From an uncultured delta proteobacterium (GTDB lineage Bacteria > Myxococcota_A > Polyangia > Polyangiales > Polyangiaceae), in the NCBI GenBank assembly GCA_963841435.1, contig CAWJCS010000002.1:416001-480000 (forward strand): a stretch of DNA of 64,000 bases. The letters run 5' to 3'. The notes below the pieces were generated by a model. That model did no database searches. It saw nothing but the letters and a program-made list of their open reading frames with translations, and had not been told where the DNA came from. Made by a program: the position numbers and the translations under genes. Shown one piece after another: positions 38,239 through 49,899 of the stretch (positions are counted from its first letter, which is position 1; every line of letters begins with the position of its first letter).

Positions 38239-39580
38239 CTACGTCAGATTCGTGAGCGGCGCGTCGCAGTACAGTGGGTCGCCGAAGGTGGTGCGTGGGT
38301 CGCCGAACAGGTTCAGGATCGCGACCAGGAGGTCGTTGTGGGACGCCCCGCCGTAGCGAACCCAGCGACCGGTGCGTAGGCCGCCGCCGCTGCCGGCGAG
38401 CAGGAACGGCATGTCGTCCTTCTTGTGGGTAGGGGGGTCCCGAATTTGGCTGCCGAAGAAGACGACGCTCTCGTCGAGCAGTGAATGGCCGCCCATGTCG
38501 ACGCTTTCCATCTGCCTCAAGAGGTACGCGTGCTGCTCCATGTACCAGGTGCCGATCTGCTCGCACTCCGTGGGATGGTAGCCGCCGTCGCTCTGGTAAT
38601 ACGCGTAGGTCTCGCCGAGACCCAGCCACGGAAAGGTGTGCTTCGCTTCCGAGTCGCTCCACTGCAGGGTTCCGACCGCCGTCAGGTCGCAGGCGAGCGC
38701 CATCACGAGCATGTCGGTCATGAACTTGCCGACGGCGGGGATCATGGCGTCGGTTTCCGGGGCCTTGATGCTGCCGTCGTCCGCAGAATTGAGCCCTTCC
38801 AGCGGATTGTACGGAGACGTGTCGACCAGCGCGGGCTGCGCGCAGCCCGCGACGCTGCCGAGCGAGCTCTCGAGCTCGCGGATTTTCGTCAGGTGCTGTT
38901 CGAGCCGCGCGCGGTCCTCGGCCCCGAGGCGCGCGGCGAGCTTTGCGTACCGGCGGTCCACGGCGTCCAGAATCGATTTGTCCCACGCGAGGTCGGGGCT
39001 CGGGCCGGCGCCGAAAAGGGCCTGCCAGATTGTCGCGGGATTCGAGCTCCGGCGCAACCGGGCCGAAGCCCGCCTGGTCCTCGAAGTTCACGATGTCGAT
39101 CGGACTGACGAGGCCGTGCGCCTTGCCCGTCCCCCAGCGCACCGCTTGGCTCAGGCTCCCGAGAGGGCGGCCGCTCCCGAGACGGGTTGCGAGCACCTGG
39201 TCGATCGACGGACCGTGCCCAAAGCCGTACGTTCCCGCTTGCACCTGCGGGGTGCCCGTCAGCCACGCGACCATGCCTGCCTGGTTCTGCTCGCCGATCG
39301 CGCTCTTCATGTCAACGCCGTCGACCACGATGATGCGATCCTTGACGGGAGCGAACGGCGTGAGGATGGGGCTCAGCGCGAAGTCCGTCTCGCTCCCGGT
39401 CGGGCGCCAGCGATCGAGCACCGTGCCGCCGGGGTTGTAGACGGCGACGAAGCGCTCGGCGAACCCCGGGGCCGCGCGCGAGCTTCGCTCCGGCTCCATG
39501 ATCTCGAGCCAGGGGAGCGCGATCGCGACGCCCGCCGCTCCTCGCAAGACCGCGCGCCGACTCAGCTTCGCTCTGCGCAT
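38239..39580 (-). CDS. DUF1552 protein with Tat-like signal, +1 frameshift near 39041
   Basis: LSRRAVLRG..VAIALPWLE, PSIDQVLA, LEQHLTKIRELE, ALACDLT, SLLDES; removing one A restores ELDPATIWQALF; span 1342 nt = 3n+1. Confidence 0.88.
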
Positions 39581-41412
39581 CAGAACACCTCGCTTCGCGG
39601 CCGGTAGCGGAAGGCATCGGTCTGGATGAGCGCCACCAAAAGCTCCTTGAGGTTGCCGTTCGTCCGGACGAACGCAGCGTCCAGCGCCGAAAGCGAGCAG
39701 GCGTCCGCGTTCGTGGAGAGCCGGCCCGCGGCAAACTCGAACCAGTCGCGCTGAAAGCAGCGTGCCGCGTCGGCGCTGTCAGCGAGGCGCTGCTCGAGCT
39801 CGAGGGCGCCATCGAACGTGCCCGCTGCGTCCGTATCGAAGATCTCTCCGGTCGCGTCGATCGCGTGACCGTTTTCGGTGTCGCGAAAGAGCCCCGCGGA
39901 GTCGTAATGCTCGAACGCGAAGCCCAGCGGATCGATGATCCGATGGCAGGCGGCACAGGCGGGATCGGCGGAGTGCTGGGCGTAGCGTTCCCGCGTCGTC
40001 GCGTCGTCCGGCGGCGACCCGGGCGGTGGGACTGCCCCGTGGGCAGGTGGCGGAGGCAGGTCGAAACAGAGAAAGCGCCGCAACACGATGAGACCTCGCG
40101 CCACGGGACGCGTCACGGTGGCGGTCGCCGTAGCAGCCATGATCGACGCCTGCGTCAGCAGGCCGCCGCGCTGCGTCGGATCGACGTCCACTTTGCGGAG
40201 CTCGTCGCCCGTGACGTTGGGGATCCCGTAGAAGGCCGCGAGCGGGCCGTTGACCCACGTGTGGGGCGCAGTCAGAAGCTCGCGGAAATCGCCGCCGGAA
40301 TCGAACGTGAGGTCGGCGACGAAGGCCGCGGTTTCCTGGGGTAGGAGCCGTGCGATGTCCTCGGTGAACGACGGATGCTCCGCGCTGTCGAGCGCCGGGT
40401 AGCTCGCCCCGCTGAGCGGCAACAAGATCGAGTAGAAGCGCTCGAGCGAAGCGCGCGCGCGGGGGTCGGCGAGCAGGCGGCGCGCTTGAGCCTCGACCGC
40501 CTCGTCGTTGCGGAGCTCGTCGGCTTCCGCGGCGGCAAGCAACCCGTCGTCGGGAGTCGAACCCCAGAGCAGATACGAGAGCCGGGTCGCCATCTCGTAC
40601 GAGCTCGGGCGAGCCCAGGATGGCCCCCGGTCGTCGTCCGGCACGCCCATCTCGATGCGATACAAAAAGTCGGGCGACTGGAGCGCCACCTCGATGACGG
40701 CGCGCACGCCGCTCGCGAAGTCACCGCCGAGTCGCTCGCCTTCGGCCTGCACGGACGCGAAGTCCGTCGCGTCCTCCTCGTCCAAGGGTCGCCGGAGCAC
40801 GCGCGACAGGAACGGGCCGAGCACGGCCGTGCGACAGGCCTGTTCGCCCTGGATCGACACGTCGCACCCGATCTGCGAAGCAAGCTCCGCCGGGTCACTG
40901 GTCAAACGCACCGCGAGGTCGTGGGCGATCCGATGATAGGTCTCGACGTGTTCGAGCGTGACGACCCGGGCTTCGGCGTCGAAGCCGACAACGTCGGGCG
41001 GCAGGGTGGAGCCTGCACCGCTCTCGTCGCCGAAGAGATCGCGAACGGTGTTGTCGTACTCGACGTTCGAGAGGTGGCGGAGCGGTGCGTTGGCCGGGCT
41101 CGGTGGCGGGCACTCGAGCACCGGTCCCTCGCCGGCCGCATTGCCGGCACCCGCTTCGCCGCCCGTGCCGTCCCCAGCGCTGCCGCCCGCCAGCGTTCCA
41201 CCAGAGCCGCCGGTCGCGGCCGATGCGCCACCCGTCCCACCCGAGCCGCCGCCCGCGCCCGACGCTCCGGCGGACGCCCCGTGCCCCCCACTTCCGGTGA
41301 CCATCCTCGAGCTGCCGCCGCAGCCCACCAGCAGGGCGAGCCCCACGGCACAGGCCGCCGCCCGAACCAGTGGGCCTCGGGATGCTTCCTCGTTCAATGC
41401 CTCGACTCCCAC
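39580..41412 (-). CDS. DUF1592/DUF1588-type lipoprotein with one CxxCH motif
   Basis: LRHLSNVEYDNTVRDLF, LQSPDFLYRIE, EMATRLSYLLW, RGGLLTQAS, TTRERY...CAACH...DPLGFAFEHYD; start uncertain. Confidence 0.9.
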   Translation of the reverse strand: MGVEALNEEASRGPLVRAAACAVGLALLVGCGGSSRMVTGSGGHGASAGASGAGGGSGGTGGASAATGGSGGTLAGGSAGDGTGGEAGAGNAAGEGPVLECPPPSPANAPLRHLSNVEYDNTVRDLFGDESGAGSTLPPDVVGFDAEARVVTLEHVETYHRIAHDLAVRLTSDPAELASQIGCDVSIQGEQACRTAVLGPFLSRVLRRPLDEEDATDFASVQAEGERLGGDFASGVRAVIEVALQSPDFLYRIEMGVPDDDRGPSWARPSSYEMATRLSYLLWGSTPDDGLLAAAEADELRNDEAVEAQARRLLADPRARASLERFYSILLPLSGASYPALDSAEHPSFTEDIARLLPQETAAFVADLTFDSGGDFRELLTAPHTWVNGPLAAFYGIPNVTGDELRKVDVDPTQRGGLLTQASIMAATATATVTRPVARGLIVLRRFLCFDLPPPPAHGAVPPPGSPPDDATTRERYAQHSADPACAACHRIIDPLGFAFEHYDSAGLFRDTENGHAIDATGEIFDTDAAGTFDGALELEQRLADSADAARCFQRDWFEFAAGRLSTNADACSLSALDAAFVRTNGNLKELLVALIQTDAFRYRPRSEVF

Positions 41413-41568
41413 GGTGCCTCTCAAGAGACGAGCAGCGGGGGCCAAATGGGTCACATTTCGTGCTGTCGGTCGAACGCCGCGTCGGGAGCTTGCGCGACCT
41501 CGACGCCCAGCGCGCGGAGCGCTGGCCCGACTTGCTGAACGGGGCCTCCGCGTGCGACTCTCGCTATC

Positions 41569-43587
41569 GTGGACCGGCGGAGGTACCGGGCGTCGCCAAA
41601 GACCTTCGCGCTCCTGGCGCTGGCCGCGGTGGGCTGCAGTCAGATCCTGGGGCTCGAGGACGGCACGGTGCAGGGCGCTTGCAGTACCGACGAGGATTGC
41701 GCGCCCGGCTACGGCTGCTTTCTGTCCGCCTGCCGCTCCGGCTGCCAGACGGATCAGGACTGCGGGAGCGGCGCGTATTGTCTGCGCGCCCCCGGCGGCT
41801 CCGCCTGCATTCCCGAAACGACGGGGTGCCAGCCTAGCTGCCCGGACGGGACCGAATGCGTGAATGATCGCTGTCGCACGCCCTGCTCGAGCAGCACGGA
41901 TTGCGGTAGCGGGCAGCACTGCGACGGCGACCACTGCGTGCTCGACATCCCGAGTAGCGGCGGGTCCGCGGGCAGCGGTACCGGCGGCAACACCGGAGGC
42001 GGCGGCGGTGTTGGGCCGGGGACCGGCGGCGTCACCGGTGGCGCAGGTGGCCAGGGCGCCACGGGCGGCACCAACCCAACCGGCGGCGAGGCGGGCATGG
42101 GGGAAGCGGGAACGACCGGGATGCAAGGCCCGCGCTGTGGCGACGGCCAGCTCGATGCCGACGAGGAATGCGACGACGCCAACGCCAAGTCCGGCGACGG
42201 CTGCAGCAACGCGTGCCGCGAGGAGCTCGGGTTTGCGTGCGCCGGCGACGAACCGACGACGTGCCAGCCGATCTGTGGCGATTTCTACGTACGCGGCGAC
42301 GAAGCAACGGCCGGCGGTTGCGATGACGGTAACCGGGTCAACGGCGACGGCTGCAGCGCGAGCTGCATGGTCGAAGACGAGTACGTCTGCGCTGGCGAGC
42401 CCTCCCGCTGTCAGAAGAGCTGCGGGGACGGCGTGCTGGACGAGCTCGAAGACTGCGACGACGGCAACCACGACCGAGACGACGGCTGCTTTGCGTGTCA
42501 GGTGGAGGGCGGCTGGACCTGCGACGACAACGAGCCCTCGAAGTGCGACGACATCGACGAGTGCGGCGACGCTACGGCCACCTGCCCGGCGCACTCGGGC
42601 TGCACCAATCTGCCCGGCAGCTACGCTTGCCCCTGTGACTCCGGCTGGCTGAAAAGTGGCGAGGTGTGTGTCGACGACGACGAGTGCGCTCAGGGGAGCG
42701 ACGACTGCCCTTCCGATTCGACGTGCGGCAATCTCGCGGGCTCCTTCGAATGCGTGTGCAACTTCCCCCTCGGCGGGGAGGGCCACGCCTGTCGTGACGT
42801 GTCGTTCGCCAACTGGCGCATGCCGGGCTCCACCGGTGACTACACGGTGAGCACCGTCAGCGGCGAGGACGTCGTGCGTGACAACGTGACGGGCTTGGTT
42901 TGGCAGCGGGCGCTGTCGAGCAAGCAGTACGACTGGCAGCAGGCGGTGGACTACTGCTCGGGGCTCGAGCTCGCCGGTAGCCGCGATTGGCGCTTGCCGA
43001 TGCGCATCGAACTGGTCTCGATCCTCGCTCCTTACGGGGTGGGGTCCACGCCCAAGCTAGACCAGACGGCTTTTCCCGGCACCCCGGGTGCGTCGTTCTG
43101 GACGGGCTCGCGGCCGGGCCAGAGCGCGTCACAGGCCTACAGCGTCCGATTTGACGAATCCTGGACGGTCGTGTCAACGGCTACCAGCGCGGCGTACGCG
43201 CGCTGCGTGCGCACCGGTGCCAGCACCCCGGCCCAGCCGCGCTTCGAGACCGACAGCTCGACGACCATCGACCACGAGACGCACTTGCGCTGGCAGCGTT
43301 CCGTCGCGCAGACCGAGCACGGTAAGACCAGTTGCGGCACCGTGGGCGGCTTTTCCGACTGGCGACTGCCGACACTCAAGGAGATGCAGACGTTGGTGCA
43401 CGAGTCGCTGAGCCCGGCCATCGACACCAGCTACTTCCCGGGCTCGACCAGCACCTACTGGACCTCGACCCTGGCCTCGCCACCGAGCGGCTACTACACG
43501 CTGAACTTCAGCGCGGGGACGACGGGCGAGTCGGAAGGCGGTGGTACTGGCACGAACTACAGGCGCTGCGTGCGCGACGAGCCCTGA
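41569..43587 (+). CDS. Lipoprotein with Cys-rich (Myxococcus-type and EGF-Ca) repeats and two Lcl/DUF1566 domains
   Basis: AAVGC lipobox; CGDG...ECDD.N...DGC repeats; DIDEC/DDDEC; DNVTGLVWQR...DWRLP..EL and DHETHLRWQR...DWRLPTLKEM. Confidence 0.88.
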   Translation: MDRRRYRASPKTFALLALAAVGCSQILGLEDGTVQGACSTDEDCAPGYGCFLSACRSGCQTDQDCGSGAYCLRAPGGSACIPETTGCQPSCPDGTECVNDRCRTPCSSSTDCGSGQHCDGDHCVLDIPSSGGSAGSGTGGNTGGGGGVGPGTGGVTGGAGGQGATGGTNPTGGEAGMGEAGTTGMQGPRCGDGQLDADEECDDANAKSGDGCSNACREELGFACAGDEPTTCQPICGDFYVRGDEATAGGCDDGNRVNGDGCSASCMVEDEYVCAGEPSRCQKSCGDGVLDELEDCDDGNHDRDDGCFACQVEGGWTCDDNEPSKCDDIDECGDATATCPAHSGCTNLPGSYACPCDSGWLKSGEVCVDDDECAQGSDDCPSDSTCGNLAGSFECVCNFPLGGEGHACRDVSFANWRMPGSTGDYTVSTVSGEDVVRDNVTGLVWQRALSSKQYDWQQAVDYCSGLELAGSRDWRLPMRIELVSILAPYGVGSTPKLDQTAFPGTPGASFWTGSRPGQSASQAYSVRFDESWTVVSTATSAAYARCVRTGASTPAQPRFETDSSTTIDHETHLRWQRSVAQTEHGKTSCGTVGGFSDWRLPTLKEMQTLVHESLSPAIDTSYFPGSTSTYWTSTLASPPSGYYTLNFSAGTTGESEGGGTGTNYRRCVRDEP

Positions 43588-43622
43588 GCGCTTCACGGGC
43601 GCACGAGGGGACCCGGCACAAT

Positions 43623-44650
43623 CTAGAACGCATCGCGCGCCCACAACGACGCGCCTTCACCGCCGAGCGCAACGCCGAAGGTCGGTCGTGCGCCCTGTGA
43701 CTTCTCGTCCGCAACCGGGGACGCCGGCGCCGTGAACCACAGGACGCCGGCGCCGACGAGGGCCGCTCCGCCGGCAACCGTGGCGATCGTGGCGACCAGC
43801 GCACGGCTCTTGGCCTTCTGGCGCAGGTCGTCACCTTCGGGGGTGCAAACGTTCCTCGCGTTGCAAAGTGCGTTCGAATCGCTCTCGCTGCTCTGCGCGC
43901 TGAGGCCGAAAAAGCCGCCGACGCCGACGCCCACCAGGCCGAGGCCACCGAGGCCGAGTGCGGCAATGCGCTGGCCGGAACCCGGGTCGCCCGGGGCCTG
44001 CGGCCCCCCCGGCGCCGGCAGTGGGGATGGCGCTTTGGGCTCGGGAGTAAGCGGAGCGACGACGAATCTTGCCTCCTGACCCTCACCGGTGACCGCGACC
44101 TTGGCGCTCTGCGATAGGTAGGCTGGCGCGGACACGCGCACCACGTGCTCGCCCGCGTCGACGGCTACGGGGCTCCCCCAGACGGTGCTCGCCACCACCG
44201 TCCCGTCGCGCTTCACCACGATGCCCGGCACGCGAGCCGCCACGGGCACCTCAATCACGAGCCTGCTCACGCGTGGAGCGAGCGCAAGCGCCCGAGCGCG
44301 AGCCGTGCCCGCGCGCGCATCCCCACGCTGCTCGGCAATCTCCGTGGCAGAGCGAAAGCTCGCCCAGGCGCTCGCGAGCTGGCCGTTCTTTTCGTAACAG
44401 TCAGCGAGGTAGAGCAGCACGCCGAGCTGCGCGTCGAGCCGATTGCTCTCGGCGTACTTCGGGCAGGCTTCGGCGAACCTGCCGCTCGCAACGAGCCGCT
44501 CTGCTTCGTCGAAGAGCTGCACGGCGCCGGCCTTCGCTTCGGCAGACGCGGGCTCAGCGGCCGCGACCGGGCGCGGGGCGGCAAGCAGCGAGAAGACCAC
44601 GAAGCAGGCTCCGGCGTGTCCGTTCCGTTGGCCGCGTGCGACCATGTGAC

Positions 44651-44654
<4 letters not shown>
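43623..44654 (-). CDS. TPR plus PEGA-like protein with hydrophobic C-terminus
   Basis: LFDEA...ACPKYAESNRLD...LADCYEKNGQLASAW; VDAGEHVVRVSAP; two hydrophobic segments; ATGA overlap with the kinase. Confidence 0.82.
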
Positions 44655-46136
<1,482 letters not shown>

Positions 46137-46314
46137 CCGACGATCTCACAGGATCGGGGCCTCTCCCGTCAACTCCCACCGCCCGTTCGCGCCCGGCAGT
46201 TTCTCTGCGCGGTGGCGCGGTGGCTCAACCTGGCACGACCGCTCGCGCCGCCAATGGCAATGGTCGGCTATAGCGGGCCTCCGGTGTGGCACGCCAGTTG
46301 CTCCTCGCAGGCCT

Positions 46315-48024
46315 ATGCTTCGAAATCCCAGGTGCGCCACTGCCGGGTTCGGACTGCTCCTTCTGCTCTCCTGCTCCAGCCGGCCCGATCGCGTGACCGG
46401 CAGCGCCGGGCGGGGCGCCGCCGCGGGCACGGGCGGCGGTGAGATCGGGGCCGGGGGGCAAGGCGGTGGCGTCGGGGGCTCGACCAGCGGAGGGGAGGGT
46501 GGCTCTTCCGGCACGAGTGGGTCGAACGCGGGCGAGGTCGGTGGAAGCGGCGGCAGCGGGGTGTCCGGTAGTGGCGGCAGTGCGGCGTCGAGCAGCGGCG
46601 GCAGCGGAGCGACTGCGGGCGGCGACGAAGGTGGCGCGTCGGCGTGTGCGGCGTCGCGCGCCGATACCTGGACGGCCCTGCCCACCGACGACGAGCCCAG
46701 CGCGCGCGACGTGGCCTGGGTCATCCCGATCGAAGACGGCGTGTTGATCTTCGGTGGACTGGTCACGGGCGCCGCCGATCCATTCCTCGACGACGGCGCG
46801 ATTTATCGGCTGTGCGACGACGCGTGGGCGCCGACGAGCACCGACGGCGTCCCGCACGCGATCACCGACACCGTGGCGCACCGACCCACGGGCACGTGGA
46901 CGGGGAGCGAGCTCTTGGTGTGGGGCGGCGTACCCGGCGGCACGAGCTACCAGGAGGGCGAGCCGGTCTCGTTTGCGGCTCGCTATGACAGCACGACCGA
47001 CACCTGGTCCGACATGAACCGAACGGGGGGGCCCACCTCGGCGGACGAGGACGTCGTGGTGTGGACCGGTGAGCGGCTGCTGGTGTGGGGCGGCGTCGCG
47101 CTGGGAGAGAGCGGCTTTGCGAATCACGACGACGGCGCGCTGTATGATCCGAAGACCGACAGCTGGGCCCCGATGTCCGTAAGCGGCGCCCCGCCCGGTG
47201 GTTATGAGAAGGGTCGCTACGTGTGGACGGGGGACAAGCTCGTCGTCTGGGGTGGGCTACAGGAGGCGGGGACGGGCTCGAGCCCGAAGTACACGACACT
47301 TCAGGAAGGCGCCGTCTACGACCCCGCGCAGGATAGCTGGACGCCGGCGTCGACCGACGGCGCGCCCAGCGCAACCCTCGCGCCGCTCGTCTGGACGGGC
47401 ACGCGCCTCATCGCCCTCGAGATGCTCGACGGGTATTCGACACCAGGTCAGGTCAAGTTCGCAGGTGGGCTCTTCGATCCGGCGTCGAACCATTGGACGC
47501 CGATGAGCCCGCCTGACCTCGCGCTCGCCGACGGCTTCGAGAACGCGCAACAGTGGGTGGTGTGGACGGGATCGCAGTTGGCGGTGTTCGGCACCGGCGG
47601 GACCGACAGCGGGTTTGCCACGATCTCGCTGCTGTATGATCCGCAAAGCGACACTTGGTCGAGCGCGGACGGGCCGAACGGCCTCGGCTACTACGACATC
47701 AGGACCGTCGCGGCCGTCGGCGGCAAAGTCGTCGTCTCCGGCATCGGTCCGACCACCAAGGACGCCCGAGGCGCCGATCACGCGTCGACGCTGGTGAGCG
47801 TCTTGGATCCGGCGACGCGCACCTGGAGCGATCTGCCGCTCATCGAGAACCGCACGCAGCCGTCCGTGGTCGCGCTGCCCGGGCACGTCATCGTCTGGGG
47901 CGGCTACGACATCTACACGGACCTCGACGCCCCGAACCCCTGTATCGGCTCGACCGGCCCCTGCGATCCCGTGACACCGATGGTTCGTGATCATCTGGGC
48001 GACGGGGTTCGGATCGACCTCTGA
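46315..48024 (+). CDS. Kelch-like beta-propeller lipoprotein
   Basis: LLLSC lipobox, Gly-rich linker, repeated WTGxxLxVWGG...YDPxxDxW. Confidence 0.87.
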   Translation: MLRNPRCATAGFGLLLLLSCSSRPDRVTGSAGRGAAAGTGGGEIGAGGQGGGVGGSTSGGEGGSSGTSGSNAGEVGGSGGSGVSGSGGSAASSSGGSGATAGGDEGGASACAASRADTWTALPTDDEPSARDVAWVIPIEDGVLIFGGLVTGAADPFLDDGAIYRLCDDAWAPTSTDGVPHAITDTVAHRPTGTWTGSELLVWGGVPGGTSYQEGEPVSFAARYDSTTDTWSDMNRTGGPTSADEDVVVWTGERLLVWGGVALGESGFANHDDGALYDPKTDSWAPMSVSGAPPGGYEKGRYVWTGDKLVVWGGLQEAGTGSSPKYTTLQEGAVYDPAQDSWTPASTDGAPSATLAPLVWTGTRLIALEMLDGYSTPGQVKFAGGLFDPASNHWTPMSPPDLALADGFENAQQWVVWTGSQLAVFGTGGTDSGFATISLLYDPQSDTWSSADGPNGLGYYDIRTVAAVGGKVVVSGIGPTTKDARGADHASTLVSVLDPATRTWSDLPLIENRTQPSVVALPGHVIVWGGYDIYTDLDAPNPCIGSTGPCDPVTPMVRDHLGDGVRIDL

Positions 48025-48064
48025 GGCTCCCGGGTGCGGGCCTGGGAGCCGCTAGGAGCTCTCG

Positions 48065-48448
48065 CTACTCTGCGCCCCGTGCCTCGCTAGCTAGAAACTC
48101 GATCGGCCGGACCTCGCACTCGAACTCGAACTCCGGCCAGTACTTGTTGTGCAGATTCATGAACTCCGCCGTGAGCCGGAGGATCTCTTCTTTCGAGCTC
48201 GCTTGGAGGATCGCCCACCCGCCAATGAGCTCCTTGCTCTCGATGAACGGGCCGTCCGTCGTGGTGAGCTTCCCGTTCGAAAGCCGCATGCGGAAGCCAT
48301 CCCGGCTTGGGGCCAGGCCGCCCGTGTCGACGAGCGCGCCCTCCTTGGTGAGCTTCTCGATGAGCTTGCCCATCGCCTCCATCATGGCGGCGGGGGGCTG
48401 AGCATCGCGGTACTTCTCCGAGCTGCGGGCGAAACTGAGATATTTCAT
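48065..48448 (-). CDS. YciI/DGPF-domain protein
   Basis: LVDTGGLAP, TDGPFIESKELIGGWAIL, CEVRPI. Confidence 0.9.
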   Translation of the reverse strand: MKYLSFARSSEKYRDAQPPAAMMEAMGKLIEKLTKEGALVDTGGLAPSRDGFRMRLSNGKLTTTDGPFIESKELIGGWAILQASSKEEILRLTAEFMNLHNKYWPEFEFECEVRPIEFLASEARGAE

Positions 48449-48631
48449 CGTTGGTCCTCTTCTTGGAGTTTCGATCAGGCGACGAACGAGACCGCGCCGG
48501 ATCGACACGCTCCGCCGATTTTTCGTCGCGGAACGCGCGTCACAGAAAAAGCGTCGTCTGTTCAAGAACTTGGGCGGGGCAGGCTACTTCCGCTGCCGGC
48601 TGAGCTCTTGCTCAACGCCGCCGCCGAGCAC

Positions 48632-49888
48632 TCAGGGACTTCCCGGCGCGTGGCGCTCGCTGAGGAGCAAGCCCTCGACGTCCATGCGGGAGCCGGGCGC
48701 GCCACGCTTGCTGGCACGGTAGCGGCGCCACTGCCAGGCCGCGTGCTCTTCGACCTGGAAAGACATGGGTATGCGCTCGAGCAGCGATGCGACCCCGAGC
48801 GCGAAGGTCTTCTGTCCCGTCTCGCGCTCGACGCCCGCGGCGTCCCGCAGCGTGGGCCGGCTGATCACGTCGGAGCAAAGCACGATGTGCTCGGCGGCGC
48901 CCGCAAGGCTCGTGACGTGGTCCTGCTGAACCCTGAGCTCGAACTCCCACCAAGGCACGACCCAGCGACGTTCAGCCTCGCCTTGTAGCTCGCCGAACCG
49001 CGGTTCATACAGGCGCAGGGCGTACACCCGCTGTGGCCACGCGATCTGGCTGAGCACCAGGTCCGAGATCAGCAGATCGGCCCGCTCGCCCGCGCCGAGG
49101 AGCCGAGGTGGCTCGGGCAGCCAGTACGAGCGGCACAGGTGCGAAAGCTCGGCGGTGATCTCGTCCACGCCACCGCTGCCGGCGAGCACCTGCTCCACCG
49201 CGCGCACGAGCTGGCCGTTGATGCCGGACAGATCCAGCACGCGCGTCTCCACTCGCGCGCGCAGTCCGGGATCCTTGAACGTGGACGACACGGTCGCGTC
49301 CAGGGCCGCCCCGTCGATGTCGATCAGCAAAAGCCGCGCGAAGTCCCGAGCCAGCTCCGAAAGCGGCAGATCGAAGGCTTGTCCGGCCCCCAGCACGACC
49401 GCGAGCTCCCTCTCTCTGCACCTCCCCACGGCCTGCTCGATGAAAGCGCGGTTCCGCTTGGCGTGCGCCCACCAGCCCTCGCGGTTCGCCTGCTGGGCTC
49501 TCGCGATGCCAGCCGAGGTCTGGCTGAACCCGAGCTTGGCGAAGGCGTCCGCATCGAGCGCCGGATCCCATCGCCACGGAAAGCGCTCGCTGGCGTTCGT
49601 GCCGAGCGCCGAAAGCGCGCTCAAGGCGTCCCCCAGAACACAGCTTGGCACCTCGGGCGCCTTGCCGGCGACGAGGAACATCGTGTGCGCGAACCTGACC
49701 AGCGTCTCGATCTGGCCGGGCTCTAGGGATTGCTCCCGCCGCATCACCGCGCGCAACTGAGCGGCGTCTGTGGCCGAGATCGGCGGCTTCTCGGCGAGGA
49801 GCACTTCGCCGGCGTACCAGTCGAGCGCGCGCTCGACGGCCTGCAAAGACACCGCGGCCCGGGGGTCGATAACGGCAGCGGCCCCCAC
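48632..49888 (-). CDS. Hypothetical protein with class I SAM-methyltransferase-like fold
   Basis: AVVLGAGQAFDLPL..LARDF..LLLIDID, VLDLSG, DLLISDLVLSQ. Confidence 0.6.
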   Translation of the reverse strand: MGAAAVIDPRAAVSLQAVERALDWYAGEVLLAEKPPISATDAAQLRAVMRREQSLEPGQIETLVRFAHTMFLVAGKAPEVPSCVLGDALSALSALGTNASERFPWRWDPALDADAFAKLGFSQTSAGIARAQQANREGWWAHAKRNRAFIEQAVGRCRERELAVVLGAGQAFDLPLSELARDFARLLLIDIDGAALDATVSSTFKDPGLRARVETRVLDLSGINGQLVRAVEQVLAGSGGVDEITAELSHLCRSYWLPEPPRLLGAGERADLLISDLVLSQIAWPQRVYALRLYEPRFGELQGEAERRWVVPWWEFELRVQQDHVTSLAGAAEHIVLCSDVISRPTLRDAAGVERETGQKTFALGVASLLERIPMSFQVEEHAAWQWRRYRASKRGAPGSRMDVEGLLLSERHAPGSP

Positions 49889-49899
49889 CGCGGCGCCCG

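Noticed and set aside
41413-42786. N-terminal extension of the 1068-aa DUF1592 ORF
   Set aside because: It is the antisense of the Cys-rich lipoprotein gene; the lipoprotein signal lies near 41400
42860-43587. Lcl/DUF1566 domains as diversity-generating retroelement targets
   Set aside because: No reverse transcriptase and no near-identical template repeat seen in the window
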